NCBI GenBank assembly: GCA_044221725.1
Contig: JBGAON010000003.1
Span: 542,517 to 606,516, forward strand
Reading direction: 5' to 3'
DNA: 64,000 nt
Source of the DNA: Elusimicrobiota bacterium
Lineage (GTDB): Bacteria > Elusimicrobiota > Elusimicrobia > F11
Position numbers and translations under genes: made by a program. Shown here piece after piece: positions 31,063 through 40,190 of the stretch. Below the pieces are notes generated by a model. The model made no database searches, was not told the origin of the DNA, and saw nothing but the letters and a program-made list of their open reading frames with translations. Each line of letters starts with the position of its first letter. The stretch's first letter is position 1.

Positions 31063-31261
31063 AAAAAACGGCTTCACATTGGCAGAAATCTGCGTGGCCG
31101 CCGCGCTCACCGGTCTCGTTTGCCTTATCGCATGGCCGGCGATTCGCGGTTATATGCAACGCGTGTCAGCCGATGCGCAAGGGTCGGGCACCGCGGTGGA
31201 GCAATTGTTAGCGCGGGAGCGCGCCATTTGGAGCGGAAAGGGAAATGAAAATTCGAAATAG
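31043..31261 (+). CDS. Very short minor pseudopilin (GspH position)
   Basis: KKNG|FTLAE prepilin motif, only 72 aa. Confidence 0.7.
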   Translation: MTLGTTKKNGFTLAEICVAAALTGLVCLIAWPAIRGYMQRVSADAQGSGTAVEQLLARERAIWSGKGNENSK

Positions 31262-31475
31262 AAAAGGGTGTAACGGTTACTTGTTAATGGAAGCGTTGCT
31301 CGCGGTCACGGTTCTTTCGATTGGATTGTACGCAACGCTCGAAGCGTTCGCGTTGGTTCACACTGCTCGCGAACGCAGCCGAGAAGACGCGCTGGCCGCG
31401 CGCTGCGAAGAAATTGGTCGACTTCGGCAGCTCGTTCGTGCGCCGGTACGTGACGAGAGGTGCGTGGAGCGATGA
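31245..31475 (+). CDS. Very short minor pseudopilin (GspI position)
   Basis: NG|YLLMEALLAVTVLSIG, 76 aa. Confidence 0.7.
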   Translation: MKIRNRKGCNGYLLMEALLAVTVLSIGLYATLEAFALVHTARERSREDALAARCEEIGRLRQLVRAPVRDERCVER

Positions 31476-32056
31476 AACAGAATGGCTTCACACTTATTGA
31501 GGTGATGATGGCCATCACTATTCTTTTGATGGTGGCGGCAACCGGTTTCCAGGTGATTCGCGCGGAGAGTGCTCGGTTTCAAGGGCTCGCCGCGTCGCTG
31601 CGTGCGCAGGTTGATACCAATGTTCTTCTTGCGCAAATGGCCAAAGATCTTCGCGCTGCGTATTTATCTGCTGATAACGAGCAAAGCTTCTTTGTTTCGC
31701 CGGATGGGAAAACCGTTTCTTTCACGCGGCGGGTGGCGGACATCGATATCGAAGCCGTTGAGCAAATCAATTTTGGACCCAAACAGGATATGTCGTTCGA
31801 GTTTTTTGATGGCCAGCAGTGGAAATCGAATTGGGGTTGGGATGCGGTGAACAAAAAACCATTGCGCGGAATTCGGGGCTTGCCGTTGTGCGTGCGGGTC
31901 AAAGTGACGTGCGCCGACGGAGCGAGCGACGAACGAATTTTGCCGATTATGACGAGTGTGTTGAACCGTGCTTCCGTTGCCCCGGCACGCATTTGGCGGG
32001 GGCCCAAGTTTTCCGATGAAGAACCTGGATCCCGGCCAATAGGAATGCCGGGATGA
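31472..32056 (+). CDS. Minor pseudopilin (GspJ-like)
   Basis: QNG|FTLIEVM, Q..KDLR.A, FEFFDG.QW...W, LP..V.V. Confidence 0.8.
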   Translation: MKQNGFTLIEVMMAITILLMVAATGFQVIRAESARFQGLAASLRAQVDTNVLLAQMAKDLRAAYLSADNEQSFFVSPDGKTVSFTRRVADIDIEAVEQINFGPKQDMSFEFFDGQQWKSNWGWDAVNKKPLRGIRGLPLCVRVKVTCADGASDERILPIMTSVLNRASVAPARIWRGPKFSDEEPGSRPIGMPG

Positions 32057-32439
32057 CGAATTGCATCATGAATCGTCGGGGCGCGATTGGAATTGCCGCG
32101 CTGTGGATATTGTTGGCGGCCTCTGCATTGGCAACCGCGGCGATTTCTATGGCTCGTGCTGAGCGGAAAACGGCCGCCTATCGACTGGAAGAATTTCGGC
32201 TCACCTATTTAATTGTGGACGCCGCATTGGCGGATCGGGACGCTAATTTTGTTTCCGATGAAAATGAGATTGAAACGGCTCATGGAAAGCTGCGCGCGAC
32301 GCGCGCGTTTTCGAACAACAAGAAATCCGTCCGGTGGATCGCTCGCGCGGACGGGCCGCATTTTTCGAAACAAGTCGAAATTGGCTGGACGCACGAGGCC
32401 CCCACCTGGCGCGCCGATTATTGGAGCGAACTCAAATGA
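32053..32439 (+). CDS. Short GspK-like pseudopilin
   Basis: RRG|AIGIAALW lacking E5, as in GspK. Only 128 aa. Confidence 0.65.
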   Translation: MTNCIMNRRGAIGIAALWILLAASALATAAISMARAERKTAAYRLEEFRLTYLIVDAALADRDANFVSDENEIETAHGKLRATRAFSNNKKSVRWIARADGPHFSKQVEIGWTHEAPTWRADYWSELK

Positions 32440-32467
32440 CCCGTCTTTTCCCATGGCGTGATTCCCA

Positions 32468-33652
32468 ATGAAAAAAGGATTCGTGTTTATCGAGTGGCAC
32501 AGCGACGGTTTGCGCGTGCTTCAGTCTGATCACTTTAAATTCTTTCCCTGGTCGTTGCGGCGGAAATTCACCGCGATGAGCAACCCGATGGATTTTCTCA
32601 GCGACATCGAGAAGATGGCCGCGGCGGTTCACGGGCCGGGCCTCAATGCCGTGCTTGCTGTGCCGCGGTCGGAAATGTTTTTCATGGCCAACAAGATGGA
32701 ATTCGCGAATGACGACATGGTGTGGATGGATTCGTCGTTTTGGGTGATGGGATTGCGTCGGGACCGCCTAAAAATATTTGTCGACGCGTTCATGGCCGTC
32801 GGAATTCGAATTTCCGCTATGGGCGAGTCGACGACCGCGAGCGCCGTGTCGTTCCAGCAATCGGGCGTCTGTTCGGCGCATAACGTGACGGCCGTTTTGA
32901 CCATCGCGGATTCCTCCGCCGAGTTGTTGTTTGTCGATGGTGCGAACGTGTTCTACAGCCGGTCGCTGCCCGTCGGCGATGCATTGGTTGAGGACACACA
33001 AAAGACGTTCCGCTATTTCCTTTCGGAAAAAAATGGCGTGGCGCCGCAACGCACGGTGGTGCTGCACAAAGATCCGGCAAAAGCAAAGTCGGTGTTCGGT
33101 GGTGTCGAAACCATAAAACACATCGAATTCCTTCCGCAACAGTCGGACGCAGCCGTGCGCGGACTTTCCTTGATGATCAAACAGGCCGCCGGTTTCTGGA
33201 TTATTCCCCCCGGCCGAAACACGCTCGCGAAAATTTTGGCGCCGGAGCATCGACAGACGATGTTGGCTGGCGGTGCGGTTCTTTTTCTGTTGCTTTCCTA
33301 TTTTATTGGCGGAGCCCGCAGCCATCTTCAGCAACAAATCTGGAATTCGAAGCAGATGTTGCAAATTTCTCAAACGAAGTTGCCCACCGCACGGGATCCG
33401 GCATCGGATATTTTTTCTGCGGTCCAGGCGCAGGTTCCAGTGGGCTTGCATCTTTTGGATTATTCCTACGACGCGGAGCGCCGGGCGATCGCATTGCGGG
33501 GTCGTGCCGCCGATTACGAGCGCGTTTCAAATTTTGCGGCGAATCTCACCGCGGACGGTGCGTTTCGTTCGGCGCGGGCGGAGAAGTCCGCGCTCGTAAC
33601 CGTTGGAAAAAACCAAGTAGTCGAATTCTCCGTGGACGCGAGACTGCGGTGA
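32468..33652 (+). CDS. GspL/PilM-PilN-like assembly protein
   Basis: Actin-like cytoplasmic region, one TM, C-terminal PilN-like I.L.G.A..Y..V..F...L...F. Position in the operon. Confidence 0.7.
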   Translation: MKKGFVFIEWHSDGLRVLQSDHFKFFPWSLRRKFTAMSNPMDFLSDIEKMAAAVHGPGLNAVLAVPRSEMFFMANKMEFANDDMVWMDSSFWVMGLRRDRLKIFVDAFMAVGIRISAMGESTTASAVSFQQSGVCSAHNVTAVLTIADSSAELLFVDGANVFYSRSLPVGDALVEDTQKTFRYFLSEKNGVAPQRTVVLHKDPAKAKSVFGGVETIKHIEFLPQQSDAAVRGLSLMIKQAAGFWIIPPGRNTLAKILAPEHRQTMLAGGAVLFLLLSYFIGGARSHLQQQIWNSKQMLQISQTKLPTARDPASDIFSAVQAQVPVGLHLLDYSYDAERRAIALRGRAADYERVSNFAANLTADGAFRSARAEKSALVTVGKNQVVEFSVDARLR

Positions 33653-34509
33653 CGCATTTTGCGAGATATCGTTTGGGTTTGTTTGTCGGAACGTTTGTTG
33701 TGTCGGCCGCCGTCTTTGTAATTCAGAGCGTGCGATTTTACCGCGACCGATCCGAAGCTAATTTGTTCGACAGAGAGATGGCCACGGCCACGCACGCGAA
33801 CGCCGCGCTGCCCAATTCTGTTCAGAAGATCGAAGCACTCGCGAGCGCCGGCGCGAAAAAAACGGGCGTGGCGCGGCTGTTAAGTGTGAGTACCCCAAAA
33901 GCCGGTGTGCTGCAACTCGAATGGGAAGGAACGCCGACCGCGACCGCTGCCTACTTGACGGCGCTCGCGACCGACGCGCGTGTTGGTACGTGTCGCTTGT
34001 TGCGCGTCATGCCCGTCGATTCGCGCGGTCCCCTTTTGCGCGCGTCCGCTTCGTTTGCGCTGGGGCCCGTGCCGCGCGCTGTGGTTTTGCACAAAACCGA
34101 ATTTAAAAATGGCCGAAACGTGTTTGCGGCGCTTTGGCACGAGGAGTCCGCGTCGAATTTGCAGGACCATCTTGCGGAACTCAAGCGCGAAGAAAAGTTG
34201 CGTCACGACGAAGAAGCGAAGCAGGAGGCCGAGCGACGCGTGCAAGACGAAGCGAACCGGTTGACCGAAAAACGTCGGCAATTGGAATCGGGGCTTGTGC
34301 TCACCGGAATTGTGAGCAACGGGCGCGAGCCGCTGGCGTTCGTGAACAACCGAAGTTCTGGCGGCCGAACCGTCATGCTCCGGAGCGGCGACGTGATTGA
34401 AGAAGCGCGCGTAACTAGCATCGAGGCCGATAAGGGCGAGCTGCGGCTCGATTACTCGGGCAAGTTTCAGATTTCACTGAAAATAAATTCTGGCGCGGGT
34501 GTTCAATGA
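33649..34509 (+). CDS. GspM/GspC-like (PilO/PilP-like) fusion protein
   Basis: N-terminal TM, coiled coil, C-terminal L.LTGIV....P.A.VN...GD.I...V..I (GspC/PilP-like). Confidence 0.55.
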   Translation: MTHFARYRLGLFVGTFVVSAAVFVIQSVRFYRDRSEANLFDREMATATHANAALPNSVQKIEALASAGAKKTGVARLLSVSTPKAGVLQLEWEGTPTATAAYLTALATDARVGTCRLLRVMPVDSRGPLLRASASFALGPVPRAVVLHKTEFKNGRNVFAALWHEESASNLQDHLAELKREEKLRHDEEAKQEAERRVQDEANRLTEKRRQLESGLVLTGIVSNGREPLAFVNNRSSGGRTVMLRSGDVIEEARVTSIEADKGELRLDYSGKFQISLKINSGAGVQ

Positions 34510-36026
34510 AGAAAAGTGGAATTGTTCTCATCGCAAGCCTCTTAATCGCACCGGTTCGTTCGTTCGCCGATCCGGACCCGATTGCCGCTCCCGCGCAAGA
34601 CATCACGCTCAATTTTCAAAACACCGATATTGATATGGTGCTCCAATTTTTTAGTCAGGTCACCGGAAAAATTTTCGTGAAGAGCGATTTGGTTCGCGGC
34701 TTTGTAACCGTCGCCGCGCCCGGCAAAGTCGCGCTTCCGGAGGCGATGGATATTTTGCAGTCGGTGTTGGAGGTAAAAGGCTTCACGCTCGTTCCGGGCA
34801 ACGGAAAAATGATCAAAGTGTTGCCGCAAACGGAGGCCGCGCAGCAGGGTGGGCTCGAAGTCGCTTATGGCGCGGATGTAGCGTCCAGCGAAAGCGACCG
34901 CATGATCACGCAGGTGATTCCGCTTAAATTTGTTTCGCCGACGGATTTTAAGGCAAGCCTGACGCCGCTCATGTCAAAAAGTGGGTCCCTCATCGCGGAC
35001 GAGCGCACGAACGCGATTGTTGTCACCGACATGGCGTCCAACGTTCGGCGCCTCATTAAGATGGCGGACGCATTGGACGTGCGCGCGCCTCAAGTGCTGA
35101 TCGAAGCGCTCATTATGGAAATTACGCTTACCGACGAGACCAAATTGGGCGTCGAGTGGAGCAACACCGGAAACTTCACAAGCCACGATCACACGTTCAA
35201 CACGCAGACGTCGCAGGGTTTTAGTTTGAGTGATTTCATCAGCGAAGGATTGAAGTATTCGCTGATTCGTGATGACGGAAAGTTGTCCGGCGTTATTCAG
35301 GCGTTGGCCACCAACAAAGATGTGAATATTCTTTCGACACCGCACATCATGACGCTGAACAATCAGCCGGCCGTGATTCGCGTGGGCGAAGAGGTTCCAA
35401 TTCTTACGCAAACGCGCAACATTCAGGGCGGTGAAACAATTCGAAGCTACGATTACAAATCGGTGGCGATCGAACTCGAGGTAACGCCGCGCATCAATGT
35501 CGATCGTGAGGTGTTGCTCAAAGTGCATCCGCTCGTAAAAAAGATTTTGGGTTTTAACGCCGAACTGAACGCGCCTATCCTCGCAAACCGAGAAGCGCAG
35601 ACGGTCGTCTCCATCAAAAGCGGCCAGACCGTGGTGATTGGTGGGCTCATGAAAGACGACCGCGCCTCCAGCGTCAGCAAAGTTCCGCTGTTGGGCGATA
35701 TTCCACTGCTCGGAATGTTGTTCCGAAAACAAGGGAACACACGCGAAAAGACGGAGCTCTTGGTGTTTATTACCCCGCGCGTGGTGACGACGCCCGAGGA
35801 AGCGCAGGCGCTCACGATCAAAAAGGAATCCGAATCAAAAGATTCCCCGACGCCCTACCGAAAGAGCGCCCGCGAACATTACGAAGACGGCGAGCGCGCC
35901 TACGATGCAAAAAATTACCACGTCGCGCTCGACGAATGGCGCCAAGCGCTGGCGCTCTCCCCCGATCAAAAACTCCGCACGCGCTGCGAGAAGCGCATTA
36001 AGAAGGCGGAGAAGAAGATAAAATAA
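34506..36026 (+). CDS. gspD: Type II secretion secretin with C-terminal TPR
   Basis: ITLNF.N.DI (N0), one N domain (DERTNAIVV), PQVLIEA, ILSTPHI, KVPLLGDIPLLG.LF, ELLVFITP, terminal TPR. Confidence 0.92.
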   Translation: MKKSGIVLIASLLIAPVRSFADPDPIAAPAQDITLNFQNTDIDMVLQFFSQVTGKIFVKSDLVRGFVTVAAPGKVALPEAMDILQSVLEVKGFTLVPGNGKMIKVLPQTEAAQQGGLEVAYGADVASSESDRMITQVIPLKFVSPTDFKASLTPLMSKSGSLIADERTNAIVVTDMASNVRRLIKMADALDVRAPQVLIEALIMEITLTDETKLGVEWSNTGNFTSHDHTFNTQTSQGFSLSDFISEGLKYSLIRDDGKLSGVIQALATNKDVNILSTPHIMTLNNQPAVIRVGEEVPILTQTRNIQGGETIRSYDYKSVAIELEVTPRINVDREVLLKVHPLVKKILGFNAELNAPILANREAQTVVSIKSGQTVVIGGLMKDDRASSVSKVPLLGDIPLLGMLFRKQGNTREKTELLVFITPRVVTTPEEAQALTIKKESESKDSPTPYRKSAREHYEDGERAYDAKNYHVALDEWRQALALSPDQKLRTRCEKRIKKAEKKIK

Positions 36027-36031
36027 AAAAA

Positions 36032-36088
36032 GAGATCGCCACGTCGGCTTCTATTATTCTGAATTTATTGATGCCGCCTCGCGATGAC
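36032..36088. repeat. REP-like palindromic element between convergent genes
   Basis: GAGATCGCCACGTCGGC...GCCGCCTCGCGATGAC resembles widespread GTCATCGCGAG/CGTGGCGATCTC extragenic repeats. Confidence 0.45.
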
Positions 36089-36091
36089 AGG

Positions 36092-36814
36092 TTAACCTTC
36101 CATTATCAAGTTACCATTGAGCAAGCGCTCCAGTAAGAAAGTGAATTTGCCGGAGCTGTTCACGCGTTGAATGATGGCTTGGCCAACATATTCACCGACG
36201 GTTTCGCCCGCAGTTTGTGCCGCCAGCGGTGTGACTTTCGGGTCGTAGCTTGTGAACGAAACTCCACCAACGAGCGCAATAATGCCCACTTCAAGCCAGC
36301 TAATTTCGGTCCAGGTCCGGTTAATAGCCGCGTGACGCACGTCCAATTTCATCGGCAACGAGAATTGGTCGATTTTTTCATTCTTGGACGCATCCACGAG
36401 ATTTACATCGATATTGTAAGTCACTTTGTAATTGTAACCATGCCACGCCGGCGCCCACACGAGAAAACCCGGGAAATTGATGAAGAAATTCGCGCCCGAG
36501 CCGCTGTATTCGGGACGAATGCGGATGTCCGCAATGAGATCCACTTTTTCTCCGGTGTTGGCTTTGTACGGATAAACCACTTTTCCCGCGTAATTTTCCA
36601 ATTCTTTCCCGATATCGTTCAGCAGATGATTCATGTTTAGATCTTGGTCCGCCGAAACGATGCCAATCGAAATCTTTTTGGATAGCGGTGTCATATTCGA
36701 CGGCGAGTATTCGGCAAGATTTTTGATTTCGAGACGATGGGAGCAGCCGATTAAAGCGGTGAACGCGGCGGCCGTAAGAATGGTGAGAGTTTTTCTTTGC
36801 GGTTGGGATTTCAT
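36092..36814 (-). CDS. Lipoprotein of unknown function
   Basis: Lipobox LIGC, strong RBS GGAGG, preceded by a TTACA box. Confidence 0.8.
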   Translation of the reverse strand: MKSQPQRKTLTILTAAAFTALIGCSHRLEIKNLAEYSPSNMTPLSKKISIGIVSADQDLNMNHLLNDIGKELENYAGKVVYPYKANTGEKVDLIADIRIRPEYSGSGANFFINFPGFLVWAPAWHGYNYKVTYNIDVNLVDASKNEKIDQFSLPMKLDVRHAAINRTWTEISWLEVGIIALVGGVSFTSYDPKVTPLAAQTAGETVGEYVGQAIIQRVNSSGKFTFLLERLLNGNLIMEG

Positions 36815-36898
36815 GTGTCCTCCTGTGTAATTTATGGAGGACTTAATAGAAAATGCGTTGCTAAAGGTGTGTAAGCTGAATGTAAGTTATTTGTAAAT
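36721..36898. repeat. 178-bp direct repeat copy 1 (box + leader + 5' end of lipoprotein gene)
   Basis: Nearly identical to 40191-40368 (about 5 mismatches by eye). Confidence 0.9.
36843..36897 (-). promoter_or_regulatory. TTACA direct-repeat promoter box
   Basis: TTTACA-N5-CTTACA-N5-CTTACA-N21-TATTAA. Confidence 0.75.
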
Positions 36899-36902
36899 TA
36901 TT

Positions 36903-37394
36903 TCATCCCCCGTTATCGAACCAGCAGACCTTCGTTAATTTATTTTTTGAGAACAAGAACTCAATTTGGAAGGTCTCGATCTCATAAAGAAGGGAATCCT
37001 TTTTGGATAACGTCGGAACACCCAACGTCTTCTCAATTTCACCTTTTCTAGAACCCATTTTTAACGTGTACGGGAATTGAAAAGCAGGTCGAGTTACTTT
37101 TACCCAATTGATTAATTCACGCGGGGGTACCGAATTCACTCGATAAATCTGTATCTGTATGCCTCTGAAATCATATTCCTCGATCTCGTCGATTTGGCTT
37201 GGATTGATCTTGTTTGTCACCTTTTCGGTTTTTAACTTGTGTGGTTCATTTCGGATTTGATTGAACAATTTCAATCCAAAATCCAGAAATTCCATTTTTG
37301 GATCGTTGGTTTCTGCGGCCTGGAGTTTACGGAGACCGGAAAAGATAAAAGCCGAAAAGAGAAAAGTGAGAAGAAATAATTTTTGTTTTTTCAT
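36903..37394 (-). CDS. Exported protein, putative orphan immunity protein
   Basis: Start MKKQK overlaps (ATGA) the stop of an upstream toxin-tail remnant. Signal peptide, AT-rich. Confidence 0.65.
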   Translation of the reverse strand: MKKQKLFLLTFLFSAFIFSGLRKLQAAETNDPKMEFLDFGLKLFNQIRNEPHKLKTEKVTNKINPSQIDEIEEYDFRGIQIQIYRVNSVPPRELINWVKVTRPAFQFPYTLKMGSRKGEIEKTLGVPTLSKKDSLLYEIETFQIEFLFSKNKLTKVCWFDNGG

Positions 37395-37471
37395 TTTACG
37401 ATGTTTCGGGTTTCCCAAAAGAGAAATTGCGACGCGCCATTATCGAGCAAATCTGTTGCGTCGTCGATACA
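37391..37471 (-). pseudogene. Toxin C-terminal remnant
   Basis: Start-less frame CIDDATDLLDNGASQFLFWETRNIVK* whose stop is coupled to the next ATG. Confidence 0.45.
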
Positions 37472-37473
37472 AT

Positions 37474-38025
37474 TCAACCGGCGGGCGATGCTAACGTTAA
37501 TTTGGATATGCGGCTGTTTTTAAAATTGATTTTCAAGAATTCTTGGATCCCACAGGAACAAGTGGAGTTGTAGACCCAGCCCCCATCCTCCTCTTTGGTA
37601 TTCGGGTTGCCAAGATTGGTCAATATATCTTGCTCGCTAGAACCCAATTTGAGTTGGAACCATTTTCCAAATCCAATGTCAGGATTAATAAATCTGCTTT
37701 CTGCGCGCTTGAGATCTCGCGGTGCAAGTTTCTCTGTTCCTGTTAGAAAGACGATTTTATCAACGACTTTATCCGTAGCGAACGAAACCAGTAGAGTCGT
37801 GCGGTGATTTTTATCGGTAAAAATCCGACCGCCCGTATCGCCTAGATTTTTATCTTCAATCCCTTCACCAAGAAGGCGAATAACTTCACTTTCGTTATTT
37901 ACGCCTGCTGTAATTCCAAACAGATGGAGAGGCCAACAAATAGAATCTGAATTTTCTGGAAAAATTTTGGGAATAACCAGTAAAAATGTAAGTGAAAACA
38001 GGCAAAAGAAACGCATTCGTATCAT
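37474..38025 (-). CDS. Exported protein, putative orphan immunity protein
   Basis: Signal-like N-terminus, internal repeat (LG..E..I...LG.P), ATGA-coupled to a toxin remnant. Confidence 0.65.
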   Translation of the reverse strand: MIRMRFFCLFSLTFLLVIPKIFPENSDSICWPLHLFGITAGVNNESEVIRLLGEGIEDKNLGDTGGRIFTDKNHRTTLLVSFATDKVVDKIVFLTGTEKLAPRDLKRAESRFINPDIGFGKWFQLKLGSSEQDILTNLGNPNTKEEDGGWVYNSTCSCGIQEFLKINFKNSRISKLTLASPAG

Positions 38026-38088
38026 CTAATGACCTCCAGCGTTGTTAGAAGATGCCCACGCCTAATTTGATTCTTAATCATCAATGTC
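38022..38088 (-). pseudogene. Toxin C-terminal remnant split by IS3 (continues 39290-39307)
   Basis: Removing the IS and one TSD gives NNDDATLMIKNQIRRGHLLTTLEVIR*, homologous to the tail of the 40013-40189 remnant. Confidence 0.7.
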
Positions 38089-38104
38089 TGACCGTACCCC
38101 TTTA

Positions 38105-38960
38105 TTAAGCCAGTTGTAAGTTTAGAGTCCCGATCGAATTTTTCTCTGCGAATTCGTGTGGCGTCAGCCCTTTCAGTGAGCGATGCGGGATGAAGTTGTT
38201 GTACTCGTCCCGCCATTGAGCGATTTTTTCTCTCGCTTCTTGCAGAGTCGTGAAGTAATGCGTGTTCAAACATTTGTCCCGGAACTTTCCGTTGAAGCTT
38301 TCGATGTAGGCGTTCTCGATCGGCTTGCCCGGCCGAATGAAGGCCAGTTTCACGCCGGACCGATAGGCCCACTCATCCACGTGTTGGCTGATAAACTCGG
38401 GCCCGTTGTCCACGGTGATTGTTTCAGGTTTCCCGTGGTCTTCCACAAGCCTCTCCAACACACGTTTCACCCGCATCCCGCCAATCGACGTGTCCACTTC
38501 AATCGCCAAGCATTGCCGCGTGAACATGTCGACGATGTTTAAACACCGAAACCGTCGGCCGTTCCACAGCTTGTCCTGAACGAAGTCCATGCTCCAACGC
38601 TCGTTCCGCTTGGTCGGCACCGGTAACTCGAGTCGAACGACCGATTTCAGCTTCTTTCTCCGTCGGATACTGAGCGTCAATCCTTCCAAACGATAGAGCC
38701 GCTCGATCCGCTTGTGGTTCACGGTCCCTTGCTCCCGTCGAATGATTCGCACCATCTGCCAGAGCCCCATCCGCTTATGAGCGCCGGCCAGCTCGCGCAT
38801 CCGACTGCGAATCTTTTCGTTCACCTCGCTCCACTTCGGCGCATATCGAAACACCGTTCGCGACACATCCACCAAGCCGCACGCTCGTCGTTGTGAGTAC
38901 TCGAACTCTTTCATCGCCGCTTCCGCCGCTGCTTTCCGCGCTTGCGGCGTTAGAACTTTT
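38105..38960 (-). CDS. IS3 transposase OrfB (DDE), fused to OrfA by -1 frameshift
   Basis: WSMDF, DNGPEF, PGKP.EN..IESFNG.FRD. A8G slippery run at the orfA end. Confidence 0.92.
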
Positions 38961-39213
38961 TTTTAAGAAGCTCTTTGAGAACGATCGCATCCAGCGCCTG
39001 ATCCGCCACCAGCTGCTTTAGCCGCCGGTTTTCGTCTTCCAGCGCTCTTAGCCGCTTGGCGTCAGAAACTTCCATTCCGCCAAACTTTGCCTTCCACTTG
39101 TAAAACGTCGTCTCCGAGATCCCGTGCCGCCGACACAGCTCGCTCGTCTTTGCTCCCGCGTCCGATTCCTTCAACACCCCGATGATCTGTTCTTCCGTGT
39201 GCCGCTTCCTCAT
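38950..39213 (-). CDS. IS3 transposase OrfA (HTH)
   Basis: MRKRHTEEQII...ELCRRHGISETTFYKWK.KFGG...LE.EN.RLK. RBS GAGG upstream. Confidence 0.92.
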   Translation of the reverse strand: MRKRHTEEQIIGVLKESDAGAKTSELCRRHGISETTFYKWKAKFGGMEVSDAKRLRALEDENRRLKQLVADQALDAIVLKELLKKKF

Positions 39214-39307
39214 TTCCAAGTCCTCCGTTGATGGGTTTATCAACCGAGTACTCAACTTTCAATTGGCTACAATTTCGGGGTAACGGTCATGTCGCGTCGT
39301 CGTTGTT

Positions 39308-39538
39308 TTATCCGGGAAAATCAGGAGATTCAATCGCTATTGAGTAATTTCTTTTTTGATATAAAAATTCCACAGTGCCGGCGGATCGCATATCCAGTTC
39401 TTTTATCGTTTTTCCATCCGAATCTATAGCTTGGACGTGAGTAATTGGCATCTTATTTTTGATGTCTCGCGAAAGGATCCAGATCAAATTTTCGTCATCT
39501 GATACTCGAAAATCAAATACATCGACGTGAGGATTACT
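39308..39538 (-). pseudogene. 5'-truncated ORF fused to a truncated TTACA box
   Basis: 76-codon start-less frame SNPHVDVFDF...SPDFPG* directly after the partial box AATTTACAAATAACTT (39541-39556). Confidence 0.55.
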
Positions 39539-39554
39539 GGAAGTTATTTGTAAA

Positions 39555-40016
39555 TTAATTTGGCTTTTTATTGTCCGTTGTTGACCCCGATTTCAATAAG
39601 TCCTCCAACTTTTTCATGTGGATTCCAATTTCTTCGCAGAGAGACGCGCAGCCATTTGGACAATTCTTTGCAGAGTGTGTTTTTATTTCATTCCATTGGT
39701 CCGGTGTCATTAATTCGTCTATGTGTCGGATCACAAAATTTTTAAACGAAGAATCTTTCAAAGTGATCTTATTTAGTGATGGAAATGTTTGCCATTTCGA
39801 CGTTAGAAGTGTGGCCACAACTTCACTGTAGCCCTCCGCTAATCCACCATCGTCGCAATTCCCATATTTTTTAAATGATTTATACAGCTCGTTCCATGTG
39901 CGAAGATTCGTAACTTCATTGTCAGCTGCGATGTAATCCGATCGGTTACATGCAGCATCACATGCACTATTTGAAAAGCAGATAGTCATTCCCATCAATA
40001 AAAAAAATAATTTCAT
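39555..40016 (-). CDS. Exported Cys-rich protein, putative immunity protein
   Basis: Signal peptide, CDDG..AEGYSE motif, ATGA-coupled to the upstream toxin remnant. Confidence 0.7.
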   Translation of the reverse strand: MKLFFLLMGMTICFSNSACDAACNRSDYIAADNEVTNLRTWNELYKSFKKYGNCDDGGLAEGYSEVVATLLTSKWQTFPSLNKITLKDSSFKNFVIRHIDELMTPDQWNEIKTHSAKNCPNGCASLCEEIGIHMKKLEDLLKSGSTTDNKKPN

Positions 40017-40189
40017 CTTATTACTCTCAAAGTCTTTAGTTGATCTCCCTCTTTAATCTGGCGTTCAATTAATCCAGTTGCATCATCAGTGGTTCGAATG
40101 CAACCCTAAGTGCAATGTTGGGGGCCTTTACGCCCATCTGTAACATTTTCTCTCCCGGAATGTACGCCACATCCTGCACAACCTGAACG
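40013..40189 (-). pseudogene. L,D-transpeptidase-like (YkuD/Tlde1-like) toxin C-terminal remnant
   Basis: Frame RSGCAGCGVHSGR...QHCT*GCIRTTDDATGLIERQIKEGDQLKTLRVIR* with H..G / T.GCIR motif and an internal stop. Confidence 0.65.
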
Positions 40190-40190
40190 C

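Larger units (their letters stand above)
38089..39289 (-). mobile_element. IS3-family insertion sequence (IS407-group-like), apparently intact
   Basis: TG...CA ends with IRs TGACCGTACCCC / GGGGTAACGGTCA, 4-bp target duplication TGTC, orfA/orfB arrangement. Confidence 0.95.

Noticed and set aside
38022..38372. 116-aa ORF overlapping IS3
   Set aside because: Alternate frame of orfB running out through the IS end into the toxin remnant
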